Part shown: positions 10,405 to 24,142 of the stretch, piece after piece
Position numbering within the stretch: position 1 is the first letter of the stretch
Layout of the letters: each line of letters starts with the position of its first letter
Source of the DNA: Torpedo marmorata
Taxonomy: Eukaryota
Assembly (NCBI GenBank): GCA_977017645.1
Contig: OZ360245.1
Location: 28,024,001-28,088,000 of the forward strand
DNA: 64,000 nt
Direction: 5' to 3'
Made by a program: the position numbers and the translations under genes
The notes under the pieces: generated by a model
The model's database searches: none
What the model saw: only the letters and a program-made list of their open reading frames with translations
What the model was told of the DNA's origin: nothing

Positions 10405-13400
10405 CAGGGTTTCCCAAACTTTTTAGCTCACGGAACCCTTTTAGGGAGCACTTGGAAATGGCGGAACCCTAATCTTCAGGTACAGTTTGTGAAAGTACAG
10501 TGCTCCCTCGTTATTACAATAATGAGAAACACCCCCGCAAGTAATGATAATAATAAGGAATGTCAATGTGAAATATCGGTAAAATACGGCCAGCTCCTTC
10601 ACTGGCTTCGCGCCAGTGCATGAAGAATTTGGATTCTCATTGGTTAAAAATGATACGCTAAGTGCCGACTGCGTTGCTGACGTTAGGCCTCACGACGCCT
10701 TTTTTATCTTGGGGGGGGGTGGGGAGTGTACAGTTTGCTGCCGTCCCAAATAAGTTTGGATTCTTTAAGAAACAAATTGAATTAAGGACAGAAGAAATAA
10801 GTACATTAAAAAAAAAAACAGGTATTGGAGTCCCAAGACTTTATGAAGAATCAATTACAAACCTTTTTTGATAATAATTCAGCAAATGGAGTCTCGGAAC
10901 TAATTATTTGGGATACCTTTAAAGCCTACATCGTGGACAAATCATTTATTTTACAGCCAAAGTTAGGAGAGATTCTGTTACAGAACGCAACAAGTTGCTG
11001 TCAGATATTAAGCTCATAGACCAATAATGTGCTTCACAACCAGATGAGGCTCTTTTTAAAAGACATTGTGAGCTTAAGTCTAGACATGATATGCTTCTTA
11101 CCTATCCTATTGAGGCCTATTTGCTAAAGAGTAGATCAGATTTTTATGTTCATGGGGATAAAGTTGGCAAATTACTTGCTAATCAAATTAAATTTCATAA
11201 TGTTAAACAATTTATTACGGAGATTCGAAAGAAGGATGGTATTTTAACTATGAATCATGATCCGATAAATGATGCTTTTCGGGAATTCTATTCAGTATTA
11301 TACAGTTCTGAGGCGCCTGATGATCCTTTAGAAATAGATCAATTTTTGGATAATTTAGATATCCCAACATTATCGGCAGAAATTAAATTGGGGTTGGAAA
11401 GGCCTATTTCTTCGGGTGAGATTTTAAAGGCTATTAATTCTATACAATCAGGTAAAGCCCCTGGCCCAGATGGATTTTCTGTAGAATTCTACAAAACATT
11501 CAAAGATCTCCTACTTCCTTATTTAGAATTGTCTCTGAAAGAGGCTAAGGTGGCGGGTAAGCTGCCTAGCTCCTTTTATGAAGCTTCTATTTCTTTAATA
11601 CTTAAGAAAAATAAAGATCCTGCTAACTGTGCTTCCTATCGCCCCATCTCTCTTATTAATGTGGATGCAAAATTTTGTCTAAAATTCTACTCACAGATTA
11701 GAAGAGGTGATTCCTAATATAATTTCTGATGATCAGACTGGTTTTGTTAAAGGACGCTATTTACAATGTAATATTCAAAGGACCTTAAACATCATTTATT
11801 CTTCTAGCTCATTTCCAAAATAATGTATTATCTCATTAGACACTGAGAAGGCATTTGATAGGGTGGAGTGGTCTTATTTATTTGCTGTATTAAAGAAATT
11901 TAATTTTGGTCCGCAGTTTATAAATTGGATTAAATTAATGTATTCATCTCCCACAGCTTCTGTGGTCATGAATTTTAAGAAGCCTTCCCCCTTTAGGCTA
12001 TATCGTGGTACTCGGCAAGGCTCCCTCTTAGCCCGTTATTGTTTGACCTAGCTCTTGAACCTTTAGCGACTGCCTTTCGACAATCTGATGAGATTACAGG
12101 TATAACTAGAGGTGATTTGCTGCATAAAGTTTCACTTTATGCAGATGATATATTATTATATATTTCTAACCCTGAACGTTCTATTCCAGCGGTATTATTG
12201 TTGCTTAAAAAATTTGGTAATTTTTCCGGTTATGAACCCAATTTGACTAAAAGTGAGATCTTTGTCCTTAAACCCCCTCATACCTTAGATTTTGATGTAC
12301 CATTTAAGGTTGTTACAAATTTATTTACATACTTGGGAGTGAATTTAACTTTACAATTTGGTAACTTGTATAAGGAGAATATCTCACTTTATTAACCACA
12401 ATTAAAAAATGACTTGCTCAATGGTCTCCCCTTTCCACTTCTTTCGTGGGAAGGGTAAACTTGATTAAAATGAGTGTTTTGCCTAAATTATTATATGTAT
12501 TTCAGGCGCTTCCCGTTTTCTTACCTAAATCTTATTTTGATAAACTAGATTCAATGATATCTTCTTATATTTGGAATAATAAAGTGGCCCATGTCAGGAA
12601 GATCTTTTTACAAAAATCCAAGAAGGAGGGTGGTCTTGGCCTCCCAAACTTTAGGTTGTATTACTGGGCCGCTAATATTAGATATGTTAATTTTTGGGTT
12701 CATGCGGTGGGAGACAGACTGGTTTGTCCATGGCTGGAATTTGAATTAAACTCTATTAAAAAACATTGACTTATATTGGTCTTTGGCGCCACTCTGCCTT
12801 TCTCCGTTTCTAAATTTGTGACTAATTCGGTTGTTAAACATACTTTACGAATTTGGTTTCAATTTAGGAAATCTGTAGGTGAGCATGGTTTTCTATTGAA
12901 TAGTCCCATTTTGCATAATTCTTTTTTTCTCCCATCAACAATGGATGGCGGTTTCCGCAGCTGGTGAACACTTGGGATTAGGACTTTCCTGGATTTATTT
13001 GTGGATGACAATCTTGCAACATTTCAACAATTAGTTATTAAATTTAACTTACCTGCTCAACATTTTTTCCGATATCTTCAAGTCAGGAACTTCTTAATTT
13101 CACTTAAATTGCGCCTCCCTCAAGCATTAAATTTGGAAATTATCCGAGAGATTTACGAGGTCAAGTCTGATACTAAGAAACCCCTATCTCTTTTTTATTT
13201 GTTATTGACTCATTCTAGTTACAGGGAGGATATATTATTAAAGTTTAAACAGCAGTGGGAACTAGATTTTCAAGAGGAGATTTCTGTTCCCGTATGGGAA
13301 CGGGTGCTCCTAGCTATTAATTCTTCTTCTTTATGTGCTCGCCATTCATTTATCCAGCTTAAAGTTGTCCATCGAACTCATTATTCTAAGTCTCAATTAG

Positions 13401-14531
13401 CTGTTTTACCCAAATCTTTCCCACTTTTGTGATAGATGTAAAATCGAGGAAGGCACCTTATACCATATGTTTTGGACATGCCGTTCGTTATATAATTACT
13501 GGTCCAGTATTTTTCAGACGTGGTCCGGTGTTCTCGATGTAAATTTAACTCCTAACCCCTTTATGGGTTTATTCGGGATTCATAAAGTGAATGACTCTAA
13601 ACTTACAAAATCGCAATTGCATGTGATAGCATTTACGTCACTCATTGCTAGGAAAAATATTATTTTACACTGGAAAGACGTTGATCCCCTTCACATCGCC
13701 ACTGGTTCAACAGTGTGATTTCATGCTTGACGTTGGAAAAAAAATCGTTGTTCTAATATTGATAAGAATCTCAACTTTCAGAGGATATGGGGTTCGTTTA
13801 TGAGCCTCTTTCCGACATAGTAATACGGGCTTTATAACATTCTCTCTCTCTTTTTTTAAAATCTTAGCCAGTTTCAGACGCGCATGGATTAGGGTTTAGA
13901 TTTTCTCCCTTTTCTGTTAGTTAGTTGTAGTTTAGATTCCTTTTTACTTTTTTTTTCCTTTCTTTTTCCCTTGGTTTTATGTTTTGGGGGTATGTCAGTT
14001 TTATGTGGCCATTCCTTGATTGCTCTTTCCTTGTATTATTACTTCTGAGAGGGGACAATGACATTTGTAATTACTGGTATAATTTTCTTTATTATTATCC
14101 TTGTATTGTACTTATTGTATACTCTTGCACTGATTGCCTCTGTATTGTTTGGCCTTATTTGTTTTAAAAACAATAAATAAAATTAAAAAGTAAGATTAGT
14201 ATAGGGGGTTTTACTATAATGTGAATTTTTTCCTTTCTTTTTTTTCTTTGATTGAGTATGGGGAGATGAATATACTATTATTATGTATTGATTGTTGTAT
14301 ATTGTAATCTTTTCAATCATGTATCCTTATTCTCTCCGTCCATTGTTTATTGTATGTTTTATATAAAAATCAATAAAAAGATTGAAAAAAAAGAAAGAAG
14401 AAAACACAGGTATCACGTTACTACGAGCCTTTTATATTTTCGAGTTTTACTCCCTGTCACTTTTTCTACGGAACCCTTACTCTTTTCCATGGAACCCCAG
14501 GGTTCCGCGGAACCCAGTTTGGGAAACGCTG
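10405..14531. mobile_element. Non-autonomous hAT (Charlie-like) MITE, interrupted by an L1
   Basis: TIRs CAGGGTTTCCCAAACT / AGTTTGGGAAACGCTG; 8-bp TSD CTCTATGG (10397-10404) / CTCTACGG (14532-14539). Confidence 0.9.
10826..14400 (+). mobile_element. L1-clade LINE, 5'-truncated, ORF2 frameshifted
   Basis: ORF pieces GKAPGPDGF, SYRPISLIN, SLYADDILLY, GGLGLPNF, HMFWTC; AATAAA and A-rich tail; approximate TSD AAAA(A/C)ACAGGTAT at 10813-10825 and 14401-14413. Confidence 0.92.
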
Positions 14532-15609
14532 CTCTACGGTGTAACTGTTGGACTTTCTGCTTGCTTAAGTACTGTGTGTTATTTTCCTCCTATCCACACA
14601 CTTTGCACTCATACACTCTTCCACACCAGGCACGTACTTACAAGCTTTTTGACTGTGGCAGAAATGAATCTCAAACATTGTACAACATGCTCACTAACTC
14701 ACCCCCTTTTCTTCTTTCTGGGGAAATGTAAATTTATGCAAATATTTTTGAAATGTTTTAATGAGTCTTTTAATCCTTTTAGAACTTGCCTCGAATGCCT
14801 TGGGGAGGAACGTCAATCCCATAAGGCATACAACACACTACATTCAATGTAATGTCTATCATAATGGGCTCTTTATATGTTTGTAAAATGCTTGCAATGT
14901 ATTTCAATATTTTGGCAGTACATCTGGAAATTAAAAATTCTAAACTAATCTAAATTGACCAATTCCTTGAAGTACCTAAGCTTGTACAATGAATGTGATC
15001 CTCAAATAATGTAGCAAAAATATAATGTGACTTTTAACGTCAATTTTTAATTTCTGTGACCCTTATATTTTAAGATAAATTTATCAGTCACTCAGCTTTA
15101 TTCTGCCCTTTAAATATTCTATCGTAAAACTGTCTCAGATTATAGTTCTATGATTCATCCTCAGACATTTTTTTGTTTTTTTGTCTCACTCAACATGCAG
15201 ATTGGTCTGGGATGCACAACATCTTGCACCTATTCCTGACTCATCTCAGCAGCACAAATGTTATTAAGTAAATCAATGTTGCGAGAGTCACTGGTAGATT
15301 GCTCACTGTTGCGGCTTAACGTTGCTAGGTGAATGCCCCAAAATGTCGATTCCTTTAATGTTGCATGAAGTTCATTTCCCCAAGCATTCATAATCAATTT
15401 AGGCTTCCCTCAAACTTTAGAACTGAACAAACCTTCGGGTTCACAGCACAGTGAAATGGGATTGCTTGATTTTACCCCACAGCGATAGCCAAATGAAGAT
15501 GTTAGAGTTTTATTCCTGAGGACAGATAGATACTTTTGAATCTGGGTGAGAGTGTGAAGTGGCCATTATCAAATTATGGTCCTCATATTTCAGATTTTGC
15601 TACAACATT

Positions 15610-15917
15610 AATGGAGGCTATTCTGCTCATCAAGTCTCTCACAGCATACCCATCAGTCCCACGTCTCCATTTATCTTCCTACAACCTATTCATTCCCACA
15701 CACTCATCAACTCCCTCTGACGCCCATCTATACAAGGGGCAATTAATCTACCGGCATACTTTTGAAGTGTGCAGGAAACTGGACAACCCAGGATAAACAC
15801 ACCTGGTCACCGAGAGGATGTGCAAACTACACACAGAGAGCATCCAAGGTCAGGATTGAAACCGGGTCACTAGTACTGTGATATGCCAACACTTCCTGCT
15901 GTGCCACTATGCTGTCT
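15610..15917 (-). mobile_element. Older tRNA-derived V-type SINE
   Basis: GGATGTGCAAACTACACACAGA...AGGATTGAAACCGGGTCAC...CTGTGCCAC is a reverse-oriented SINE head and core. Confidence 0.6.
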
Positions 15918-16080
15918 TGTCATAAATCTCCCCTGGAATTTGTTTCCAGTGAAGTAATTCTGAAACTTTCCCCTTTCCCATTTGCAGTCAGTCAGCCAAG
16001 TTTGCTCATACATTGACAAAGGGCTGAGGCTATCTTTTGCTTCCTATAGATGCCACGTGACCTGCTGAGTTTCTCCAACA

Positions 16081-16342
16081 TCCTGCCAAACCTCTTCTGT
16101 ACCCTTTCCAAAGCCTCCACCTCCTCCTTGCATTGGATCAACCAGAATTTCACACAGTATTCCAAATTTTTATATAGCTGAAACATGACCTCCTTACCTT
16201 TATACTCAATGCCTTGCCTGTACGCCTTCTTTACCACCCTATCTACCTACATGGCCACTTTCAATGAGTTATGGACCTGGATTCCCAGATCCCTCTACAC
16301 GTCAATACTTTTAAGAGCCCTGCCATTAGTTGTATACATTCT
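16081..16342 (-). mobile_element. CR1 LINE fragment
   Basis: ORF VKKAY...IEYKGKEVMFQLYK...LEYCVKFW...LERVQKRF. Confidence 0.75.
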
Positions 16343-16759
16343 ATGGGTGCTGCCTGACCTGCTGAGTTATTCCAGCATCTTGTGTGTTGCCCCAGGAATG
16401 ACAAGTTTGAAGAGGAGATCTCTTGTCTTCCAAGATCAAATCTTTAAACTTCGTTCTTGAAACAAAAGTTCATGAGATGTTGGACTGTTGCATATGAGGA
16501 CACTGTGACAGCTCCCAGGGAACCTGGCACAGATTGCTTGAAGAACTTCTTGCTGCTGTGTACTGTAAAATGGTGCCAGGACTTGAAAACTGTTGATACG
16601 AGAGCAAGGGGAAAGGGGGAAAGGGTAAGCTCAGGGAAGACCTATTTAGGTATATAAGATTATGATGGGTCCAGATAGTATAAATAGGATGAACTATTTC
16701 CATTGGCTGAGAAATCAAAATGTAGGTGGCATAAGTTTAAACTAATTCGAACAAAGATT

Positions 16760-17256
16760 ACCGAAGACTCTCGTAAACTTCTACAGGTGTACCATGGAGA
16801 GCATTCTGGCTGGTTGCATCACTGCCTGGTATGGAGGCGCCAACTCTCAGGACAAGAGTAAACTCCAGAGGGTTGTTAACTCGACCTGTGACATCACAGG
16901 CACCAAACTTCACTACATCGAGGACATCTACACGAGGCGGGGCCTTAAAAAAGCAGCCTCTGTCCTCAAAGACCCCCACCACCCAGGCCATGCCCTCTTC
17001 ACTCTGCTACCATCGGGAAAAAGGTACAGGAGCCTAAAGTCGAGCACTCAACGGCACAAGGACAGCTTCTTCCCCGCTGCCATCAGATTCCTGAATAATC
17101 AATGAACCAAAGACACTGCCTTACTTTCATGCACTATTATTTATATTTTTTTATAGTAATGTCGTAAGATGGTTATAATACGAATGTTTGCACTATGATG
17201 CTGCCGCAAAACACCGAATTTCATGATTTGTTCATGACAATAAATTCTGATTCTGA
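16760..17256 (+). mobile_element. Rex1/Babar LINE 3' fragment, inserted into an old CR1 (~16635-17455)
   Basis: [14 protein letters not shown]...[18 protein letters not shown]; tail AATAAA(TTCTGA)n; same subfamily as 56991-58392. Confidence 0.85.
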
Positions 17257-17920
17257 AAAGATCAAGAAAAATGTTTTCAGCCGAATAATGATAGGGATCA
17301 TGAACTCACTTCCAGAAAGGGTAGTACACAGAAAAATTCGAACTGTGGGTATTTCTTAAATCATGACCTGCAAGGTTACAGACCAAGGGCCAGAAGGGGG
17401 CTCTTTTATGACTAGCATGGGCACAGAGGGTCAAATGGCCTCCTCTTTGTCGTACATTTTCATTGGATTGTGTTATTCATGTCTTCACTGCTGTGAATAG
17501 GGATGGTCTTCATTTTCAGATCTGCTATCAAACACACTCTAGGTGCTTCCTTCCCAGATAATATCAAGCTGAAATCTTTGATAAATGCAATAACCACACA
17601 GACTCTCTCCTCCAAATATCTGCCACTAAGAACTGAAACACCAGGTGCTTGAAGTGTAGTTTTATTCAGATGGGACAAAGATAAGTTTAAATATGCACGA
17701 GAACAGCTGCTTATTCTCAGGACCATTTCTCTGATAGTTTCTTGAACCCTGAGAATCCTGTGCAGCACAGTTTTAGGACACCTCATTAATACATCCTGTG
17801 GAAACTGAATGCATCAACGAGTATCCACTTCTATCCAAACCTGACTTCAGTCACCAGGATCCTCACCAGAAAGTTCAAGTTTATTGTCATGTGCACTGAG
17901 ATTTTATTTTAGATTTAAAA

Positions 17921-18171
17921 AAAATTTAAACATACAGCACGGTAACAGGCCATTTCAGCTCAAGAGCCCGTGCCGCCCAATTACACCCAATCAACCTACA
18001 CCCCCGGTACGTTTCGAATGGTGGGAGGAAACCGGAGGCCCCGGGGAAAACCCACGCAGACATGGGGAGAACGTACAAACTCCTTACAGACAGCGCGGGA
18101 TTTGAAACCTGGTCACGATCGCTGGCGCTGTAACAGCGTTGCACTAACCGCAATGCCAACCATGCCGCCCC
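17921..18171 (-). mobile_element. Near full-length tRNA-derived SINE (HE1/V-SINE-like)
   Basis: Head GGGGCGGCATGGTTGGC, B-box-like GGTTTCAAATCC, core TCTGTAAGGAGTTTGTACGTTCTCCCC and CR1-like tail; sits inside an older Rex1 remnant (~17872-19132). Confidence 0.88.
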
Positions 18172-18478
18172 ATATAGTGAGAAGGTTTGTTTTGTGTGCA
18201 ATCCATTCAGTCAATTCATACATCGTACAGCAATAAAAACACAGTACCGAGTGCAGTTACAGAGATAGATCTGTAAGAACAGGCCGAGGGTAATATTATT
18301 TTACTCGTGTGAGACTTGTTCAGGAGTTTAATGGCAGTGGGAAAGAAACTGTCCTTGAAACTCACTCATGAATTCTCTTTTCGACGGGAGGAGAGAGAAG
18401 AGAGTTTGATTGGGAGGGGGTGGAACGACTCCTTTAATATGTTGTTTAGTTTTCTGAGGCAGCGGGAAGTGTAGATTA

Positions 18479-19081
18479 AATCAGATTTCAGATTTTCAGA
18501 TTTCAGATTTATTGTCAGAGTACATATATGACATCACATACAACCCTGAGATTCTTTTTCCTGCGAGCGAGGCAGAATTACCACTTATTGATCGTGCAAA
18601 AAAAACTGACTCAAGATGCACATGTAAACAAATAAAGAAATGTAAACAAACTGACTGTGGAATACAGAGAGAGAGAGAAAAAAAAATCAATAAAGTGCAA
18701 AAGTCATAGTCCTTAAATAAGTCCCTGATTGAGTTTGTTGTTGAGGAGTCTGATGGTGGAGGGGTAGCAGCTGTTCCTGAACCTGGGGCTGTGTGTCTTG
18801 TGACACCTATACCTCTTTCCTGATGACAGCAGTGAGAACAGAGTATGTGCCGGGCAGTGTGGATCCTTGATGATTGCTCCTTCTCTCCGAAGGCACGGCT
18901 CCCTGAAGATGTTCTTAATGGTGGGGAGTTTTTTGCCTGTGATGTCCTGGGCTGTGTCCACTAACTTTTGCAGGGCATTCCGTTCAGGGGTATTGGTGTC
19001 CCCATAACCAGACCGTGATGCAGCCGGTCAGCACACTTTCCACCACACATCTGTAGAAATTTGCCAGGTTTTCCGATGTCA
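18479..19081 (-). mobile_element. Rex1/Babar LINE 3' fragment
   Basis: ORF DTAQDITGK...RFRNSCYPSTIRLLN; (TCTGAAA)n tail; same subfamily as 7891-8601. Confidence 0.85.
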
Positions 19082-19608
19082 ATGGAGGGGAGAGGGTTTG
19101 TGAGATGGTCTGAAATATGTTCACAACTCTCTCAAAAGATACTCTTGTATGAAGCCTGAATGTGCATGCTTAAACCAGATTTGGTCCCGTTTTAACTGAA
19201 ATATTAACTCTTTCTAATGCACTCCTTTTTGAGGATTTAAATTCCACCAGAAATTTAACAATCCTGACTTGCGCAAGCATTGCAAAAGATTGTAGGAGCA
19301 GCAAGAGGGAAATGAAAATCAAAGCATGACAGAAAGGGACAAAAATATAAACAGCAGCAGAAATTAGAAGTAGAAGATGAATCAATGACATTCTTGAAAA
19401 AAATCAGAGCTTAAGGCTCTTTATTTGAATGTAGGCAGCATTTAAAATAAGGTAGATAAGTTGAAGGCACAAACAAAAATAATTGAGTTCGACGATAGAT
19501 ATTGCAAAAACATGGTTGCTGAGGGGCAAGAGAGGGAACTGAATATTTAGGACTATTCAATGTTCCAAATGAAAGTGCCAAAAGGAAAAGGTGTGGGGTA
19601 ACCCAGAT

Positions 19609-19843
19609 CAGCCATTCTCAACCTTATTTAGCCTCTGCCCCCCTAGGACTCTGCTCGGAGTTTATGGGCCCCCTTCCCTGTTAAGCAGTCACGTTTTGGT
19701 TTCTTCACTACTTCTCTCCTACCAACTACATAAAAACCATGAAAAATATTTATCTTACGTGAGGTGAAAAGAAAAGAAGGCCTTTACTTAAATGTGCTTT
19801 GGCCTCCAGGTGGGGTCCATAGGGCCCCTGTTGAGAATGGCTA
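19609..19843. mobile_element. hAT (Charlie-like) MITE inside an old CR1 endonuclease remnant
   Basis: TIRs CAGCCATTCTCAAC / GTTGAGAATGGCT; degraded 8-bp TSD ACCCAGAT / GCTTAGAT. Confidence 0.75.
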
Positions 19844-20052
19844 GCTTAGATAATCAAGGAAGGTCTCAGTGCAGTGGTGAGTAGCAATATAGGCACAGCG
19901 CATCGTGATGTAGAAACATGAAGCCCCCAAATTGTGTCTCATAGAAGGACAAAGCAAAAGACCAGATCCATCCAAAATATTCCAGGAGCAATATCCCAAA
20001 GTGAATCTCATCAAGGAACAACGTGTTCAGTTATGTTTACTGAAATTATTGT

Positions 20053-21403
20053 TAAAAAAAAACACCAAAATGCTGGAGGAACTCAGCTGTTCTTTTAGCG
20101 TCCATAGGAGACAAAGATATATTGCCGACATTTCGAGCCTGAGACCTCCTTCAAGGAATAAGCAGAATGAGCAAAAAACAGGAAATTTCAGAATACAGAC
20201 AATGCTGGCTGGGGGAGGAGTCCAGACCAATAAAAGGTGTTAATTGGATATGATAAGAGGAGAGGTGAGAATTAATTATGTCTGTGTAAAAGAAGAAAGG
20301 GAAAAGGGAGAGAGACAGAGCTGGGGGAAGGCAACAGGAGAAGAAATGAGGAGGGGGATTAACGAAAGCTGGAGGAGTCGATATTAATGCCATCCGGTTG
20401 CAGGAAGCCCATTTGGAATATGAGGTGTTCTTCCTCCAATTTGCAGGTGAGCAAATTTAAGTTCTTGGGAGTCACTATCTCGGAGGACCTTTCCTGGACC
20501 CAACACACTAATGGCATCGGGAAGAAAGCACGTCAGCGCCTCTACTTCCTCAGGAGTTTGCGGAGGTTTGGTATGACACCAGAAACCCTGGAAATTTCTA
20601 CAGATGTTTGGTGGAAAGTGTGCTGACCGGCTACATCACGGTCTGGTATGGGGAAACCAATACTCCTGAGTGTAAAGCTCTCCAAAAGGTAGTGGACACA
20701 GCCCAGGACATCACAGGGGAAATCCTCCCCACTATCGACAAGGAACGCTGCCGTTGGAGAGCAGCAGCAATCATCAAGGATCCACACCACTCAGCACCCG
20801 CTCTGTTCTCGTTGCTGCCATCAGGAAAGAGGTATAGGTGCCACAAGACTCGCAACACCAGGTTCAGGAACAGCTGCTACCCCTCCACCATCAGACTCCT
20901 CAACAACAAACTCAATCAGGGACTCATTTAAGGACTCTTGTGCATTTATTGATTTTCTTTATTCTCTCTGTATTGCACAGTTTGTTTACATTCATTATCT
21001 GTTTACAGTTCTTTATTTGTTTACATGTATACGCTGTGTATAGTTTTTTTGCACTACCAAAAAGTGGCAATTGTGCCTCACCCGCAGAAAAAATAATCTT
21101 AGGGTTGTATGTGATGTCATGTATGTACTCTGACAATAAATCTGAAATCTTAAATCTGAATCTGGTCTAAGTATGGCAGTGCATGAGACCATGGACAGAC
21201 ATCTCATCAAGGGAATGAGATTGGGAATTAAAATGGGTGGCCACTGGGAGATCGATGCAATTGCGGTGGACTGACCCGAGGTGCTCAACAAAGCGATCTC
21301 CCAGTCTGCGCTCAGTCTCTCCGATGTAGAGGAGACCACAACAGGAGCACCGGATGCAGTAGATGATCCTTGCAGAGTCACAAGTGAAATGTTGCTTCAC
21401 TTG
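20053..21403 (-). mobile_element. Penelope-like element (GIY-YIG endonuclease and pLTR), split by Rex1
   Basis: ORF 21167-21400 reads FTC...IIYCIRCSCCGLLYIGETERRLGDRFVEH; 11-bp TSD GAAATTATTGT at 20042-20052 and 21404-21414. Confidence 0.88.
20447..21163 (+). mobile_element. Rex1/Babar LINE 3' fragment nested in Penelope
   Basis: SKFKFLGVTISEDLSW...[11 protein letters not shown]; (TCTGAAA)n tail. Confidence 0.88.
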
Positions 21404-21902
21404 GAAATTATTGTGTCAGGTCAGAGACAGTGAGGGCTAAACATCTTTGAAAAGTAATATTCATCTGTTTAGTAATCCTCTATCATAGTCAGTCCAGAGA
21501 TCAATGGTCACCAAATGGAAAGCCTAGTCTTTGAATGTTCTTGAGGGTACCTTTTTTTTGCTTAAAACCTTTTGCCACAGAGGCCATTTATCAAAGTTGC
21601 TCAAGGCTTGTATTAGGCAGAAAAATCTAATCGACAGTCAGTCAGGATGGTTAATTATTTTTTAATAATGATTGTCGGCTCTGATTTTTAATGTAACATA
21701 AACTGGTATGATAGGATGAGAAGGTTATTGTCATAGAGACGAATAACACTATCAATGACACAGATAACACACAAGTTCTCAAGCAATAGAAAAATGATTT
21801 GAGTCTCACCCACGGTGTGAAGTTAAGCCATGGCTCCGTGTGTAGCCCATTCACATTTCAGTCCTTTTTGTGGATTCTAATCCTACTCTAGACATTTGAA
21901 TA

Positions 21903-22644
21903 CAGAAAAATCCCCATTATCCAGAATTCAATCAACCGGAAACCCAAACAGCCAGGGGAAAAAAAAAATTGAGGAAATAAATAAATAATTAAAATTTAAA
22001 TTTATAAAGAATAAATAAAAGTTTAAAATTGTAAAAGTAAATGTTCTCCGAAGCAACACACAGCCCCTTGGTGAAAATGGGAGCAAACGTTCAGCCAGCG
22101 GAGCGCCCCGGACGTGCCCCTCCCGGAGCGGCTGTTTGAACAAAATTTGAATAAAGTTGCGTTGGAATGAAATGGCGGCGCCCAGGATGAAGAGCCGGCC
22201 GATGCCGCTTGCTCTGGGGCGAATCTCCCAAAATGTCTCCCTATCCCTAACTAGTAAGAGTCTTTATCTTTATTCGTATTAGGTATATTAGTAAGGCTTT
22301 ATCTGTAAACTTGGGGGAGGGAGGGTTAATTATGACGGCAGCATGGTTAGTGTAGCGGCTAGCGCAACTCTGTTACAGCGCCGGCAACCAAGGTTCAAAT
22401 TTGAATTTTGTAAGTTACGGGAATAACCTGATTAAAGTGAACTTTACATAATTAAACACTACAATACTGATTTTTTTCAAATTACTTAACATTTTGCACT
22501 GTCATTTTTCTTTTAAACTGTGTACAGTATTCTTAATGCAGGTGTATTAGTTATGCATTGTAAGAGTGAGTCTTAGTCAACTGGAAGATTCGCATACGCA
22601 GTATCCGCGATCCCAGTAGGTGCCAGATAATGAGGATTCTAATG
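21903..22644. mobile_element. Tc1/mariner (Tigger-like) MITE
   Basis: TA flanks at 21901-21902 and 22645-22646; imperfect TIRs CAGAAAAATCCCCATTATCCAG / CCAGATAATGAGGATTCTAATG; GC-rich core. Confidence 0.72.
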
Positions 22645-24142
22645 TATTAATATTTATGCTGACAGTCCAATGCAGTGTTGCATTGTCTTTTGGAAGAGAT
22701 GGCAAACCAAAGCTCTATCTACAGTACCTTCGTTGGTGCTGTAAAGGTTCCCTTGGAAATATTTCAATGAAAAGAAGGGGAATTAACCGCGGTGTGAAGA
22801 CAAATGAATCCCTTTGGTTAGCATAATTAATAACAGTGCGATATACTACCAGACCAAGACTGATTGCCTTTTTCTTCATTAAATCAATACTGCACAACAA
22901 ATATTTTATTGACTGCAAATGTCCTGCAACAGCCTGTTCTGATGTATGGTGCTGTAGAACTGCAAGAGTTTCCATTTCTATTATTCAATGACTTTCATGT
23001 TCGTCTTGATTTGAGGTGTCAGTGCTTGTGAACGGATCATTGATTGCCTTCAGTATCTGCATCAAGGACATTCTTGTCAGGAAGACCATGTGCCTCATTT
23101 AAAGTTTGTATCATTGTGATGGCCTCAGAAATATACCATTGCACTCATGGGAAATTAGTTTATTAGGAAGGTTTAAATGTCATGACATTTATGCATGACA
23201 TGGCCTAATAAGTCCAATGACACCCTTTCATAGTTATCCTGAGAATTCTTATTTTAGTACCACCATACTGCATTTTTGTTACCAGCAAGATTAGTAATGT
23301 GCTCAGTGAAGTGGATGCAAAGTCTGTTGCAGACACCACAGAGCAGAATAGCCCAGTTTCCTGCTCAGACACACTCTCATGGGCTGGTGTTTGAAAAGAT
23401 TAAAGACAGTAAAGACAACATGAAAAAAGTAACTCTCCGTCAAGCATGATATTTTCTTGCCACAGACTTTATTGAATCTATTTCATTTTCTGAGGAAAGG
23501 TTCTGCAACAACCATCCTCACACATCACCATTCATTGGGAAATTGAGAAAAGCCTGTGATATCTGGACATCTTTGCGATTTACAGGGTCCATTTTCTGTC
23601 TGTTATTCTGAGAGCAATTTATTCACCTGAGCTTTTACCACTGTAAGTGTTAAGTTGGTAAACTGATCCCAGAAACAAAGCCATAACATGGCTCAGCAAT
23701 AGAGTAAAGGGATATTATCGAAATGCAGGCAAGTGGGACCAGTTCAGATAGGCCACGGCTGGTATGGATGAGTCGGGCCAAAGGGCCTGTTTCCATGCTG
23801 TATGACTCTATGACTTTATAACAATTCCATCAGTTTTGGCATTGCTGTGAATATGGTACATTTTTGCATTAAAAGTTTCAATACATTATTCTCTACTAAT
23901 TAATTTTGCCCTGGTTTATTCTGTTTTCAGTTTCTTATTTTCACCTTGATTATTTTCCTTATTTTCTTCAATTTTCTTAATTTCCACTATACACCCCATC
24001 ACATTTTTCCTCTCATTTCCATAAGTTTTATCTCTATTACTCTTTCCTTTTTGAAGTATTTTATAATTTAAACCAACAATCTCTTTTTATGTTTTTCAAA
24101 TTTGCTTGAGGCGCCTTCCACTATACTGCCTATACAACGGCA

